DNA of 34,392 nt from Octopus bimaculoides (lineage: Eukaryota), in NCBI RefSeq assembly GCF_001194135.2, contig NC_068984.1, positions 16,216,466-16,250,857 of the forward strand, written 5' to 3'. This document shows positions 32,928 to 34,392 of this stretch, in pieces. Every line of letters starts with the position of its first letter. Positions within the stretch are counted from its first letter, which is position 1. The notes beneath the pieces are model-generated. The model searched no databases. It was not told the DNA's origin and worked only from the letters and a program-made list of their open reading frames with translations. A program made the position numbers and the translations under genes.

Positions 32928-32941
32928 GAAAAGAAAGACAG

Positions 32942-33519
32942 CCCCAGGAAGACATCTCCTCTAGCTGGCTAACGACACACTGTCTGTGTCCGATCAGTAT
33001 TTGCGAAGGGAAATCATCGTTCCCATCTCTAGCCTTACGTGATACACACGGACCCGGGTTTCTGGGTAGCAACCCGTCATCAGCATGTGACAATCGCCAG
33101 CTAGCGATGAGCAACTGGAGGAAATGTCTTCCTGGGGTTATAAACAACAGTAGCATCGTCCTCTATGGGTCTGCCACATTTAGGTAGCAAATATACTTCA
33201 CGATTCCGTGCTGCTACTTCTGTTTGCATCTTGCTCAGAGATTTATTATTGCTTGTTTCTCCTTTTTCGAGATCAGCAACAGTTTGTCACTGGAAAAAGC
33301 ATCTAGTATTTTGCGTTTGGAATGAGTTCTCATTGTTAGCTGAGGTCTGTGTGTATCACGTAAGGCTAGAAATGGGAACGATGATTTCCCTTTGCAAATA
33401 TTAATCGGACACAGACAGTGTGTCGTTAGACAGCTGAAGGTAATGTCTTCTTGGGGTTATAAACAACAGTAGCATCGTCCCCTATGGGTCCGCCACATTT
33501 AGGTGGCAAATATACTTCA

Positions 33520-33523
<4 letters not shown>
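32942..33523. mobile_element. hammerhead-bearing repeat nest (Penelope-like pLTR or retrozyme-like derivative)
   Basis: 113-bp inverted repeat 32942-33054 / 33344-33456 (about 90%), 82-bp direct repeat 33123-33204 / 33442-33523 (about 95%), and a hammerhead at 33045-33089. Confidence 0.65.
33045..33089 (-). ncRNA. minimal type I hammerhead ribozyme motif
   Basis: Minus strand: CACAUG-CUGAUGA-C GGGU UGCU ACCC A-GAAA-CCCGGG-UC^CGUGUG. It has the complete catalytic core, a 6-bp stem I, a 4-bp stem II, palindromic stem III (ACCCGGGU) and a GUC cleavage triplet. Confidence 0.8.
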
Positions 33524-33552
<29 letters not shown>

Positions 33553-34392
33553 CAAAGAATTAGGGTTTAGAATGTTTCAGGGTAAGTCCAAGGGAGTGTG
33601 CCTACAGAACATATTTAGTACCTGTAGCTACAAGGTGTCATCAGCGATACTCTGCTGCGTTCGTCGTTGATCTGCGTCCGGAATTCCGAGGTACACGTAG
33701 GGTATTATTTTAAAAGAATAATACTGAAGACAGAGTGTAACTAGAAGCATCTATTGAACGCATAGTATACACATACGAACGCGCACACGCACGCACATAT
33801 TTACACACTCACACATATTTACACACACACACACACTTGATGGGTTCCTAGAGACAGTGTAAATAGAAAATAGTCTAAAACAAAGGAAGTCATCTCTACT
33901 GGTGTCGTTAATAAAAATACAAATCAAATTTAATTCTTTATTGAAACAGATATCATAATAACATTTATTTGTGTTTCAATATTGAGGTTTATCTTCTATT
34001 CGAAATTTAAGAGCTTGTTTCAATTGTTTCCATATTATTACTACGTACGTATGATGAATATTTTAGAGTTATTAAAGATCCAGTGATTATTTTGGTTCAG
34101 ATTTTTTTCTTCGATTGTTAAAATTGTAAAACGAACCGTTTTACTGTCTCTGTCAATCAATACTTCCGGTTTTGAAGTTGATTTAATACATCAATTACCA
34201 TTTCTAAAAATCGACTTTACTGACATTTGAAGTTCTATTTATACAATTTCAAAAATATTTAACTAAATAATTCTAACTTAAGTGTTAGCTTAGAGTGCAT
34301 CTGCGTCACTATCAGAGCAGGCGAAAGTAAAATGAAAAGATGAGAAAGTGGAATGGAAACGCTGATGTACTGATTCTGTAGAAGTAACGTCT

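Noticed and set aside
33615-33650. Second hammerhead on the minus strand (CTGATGA-CACCTTGTAGCTACAGGTAC-TAAA)
   Set aside because: GAAA is replaced by TAAA, and stems I and III do not form.

Overview
AT-rich, microsatellite-dense eukaryotic non-coding DNA from a gapped draft assembly (9 N-runs). The SINE, LINE and simple-repeat repertoire looks like an octopus or other coleoid cephalopod; this is inference from recalled repeat sequences, not a search. I found no host protein-coding exon that I can support. The window is a collection of decayed mobile elements: a cecropia/Hsmar1-like mariner; a DD36E (Incomer-type) Tc1-like element; a non-autonomous Helitron with both termini, plus an adjacent DINE-1/Helentron-type element; a Merlin transposase remnant; a MITE with GG-starting TIRs and an 8-bp TSD; CR1, Penelope-like, R4/Dong-like and two RTE LINE fragments; and about 20 copies of three tRNA-derived SINE groups (working labels SINE-A, -B, -C). 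The most interesting signal is near the right end. A minimal type I hammerhead ribozyme lies on the minus strand (33045-33089) inside a 580-bp nest of inverted and direct repeats, and one repeat copy starts at the predicted self-cleavage site. This points to a Penelope-like pseudo-LTR or retrozyme-type element.
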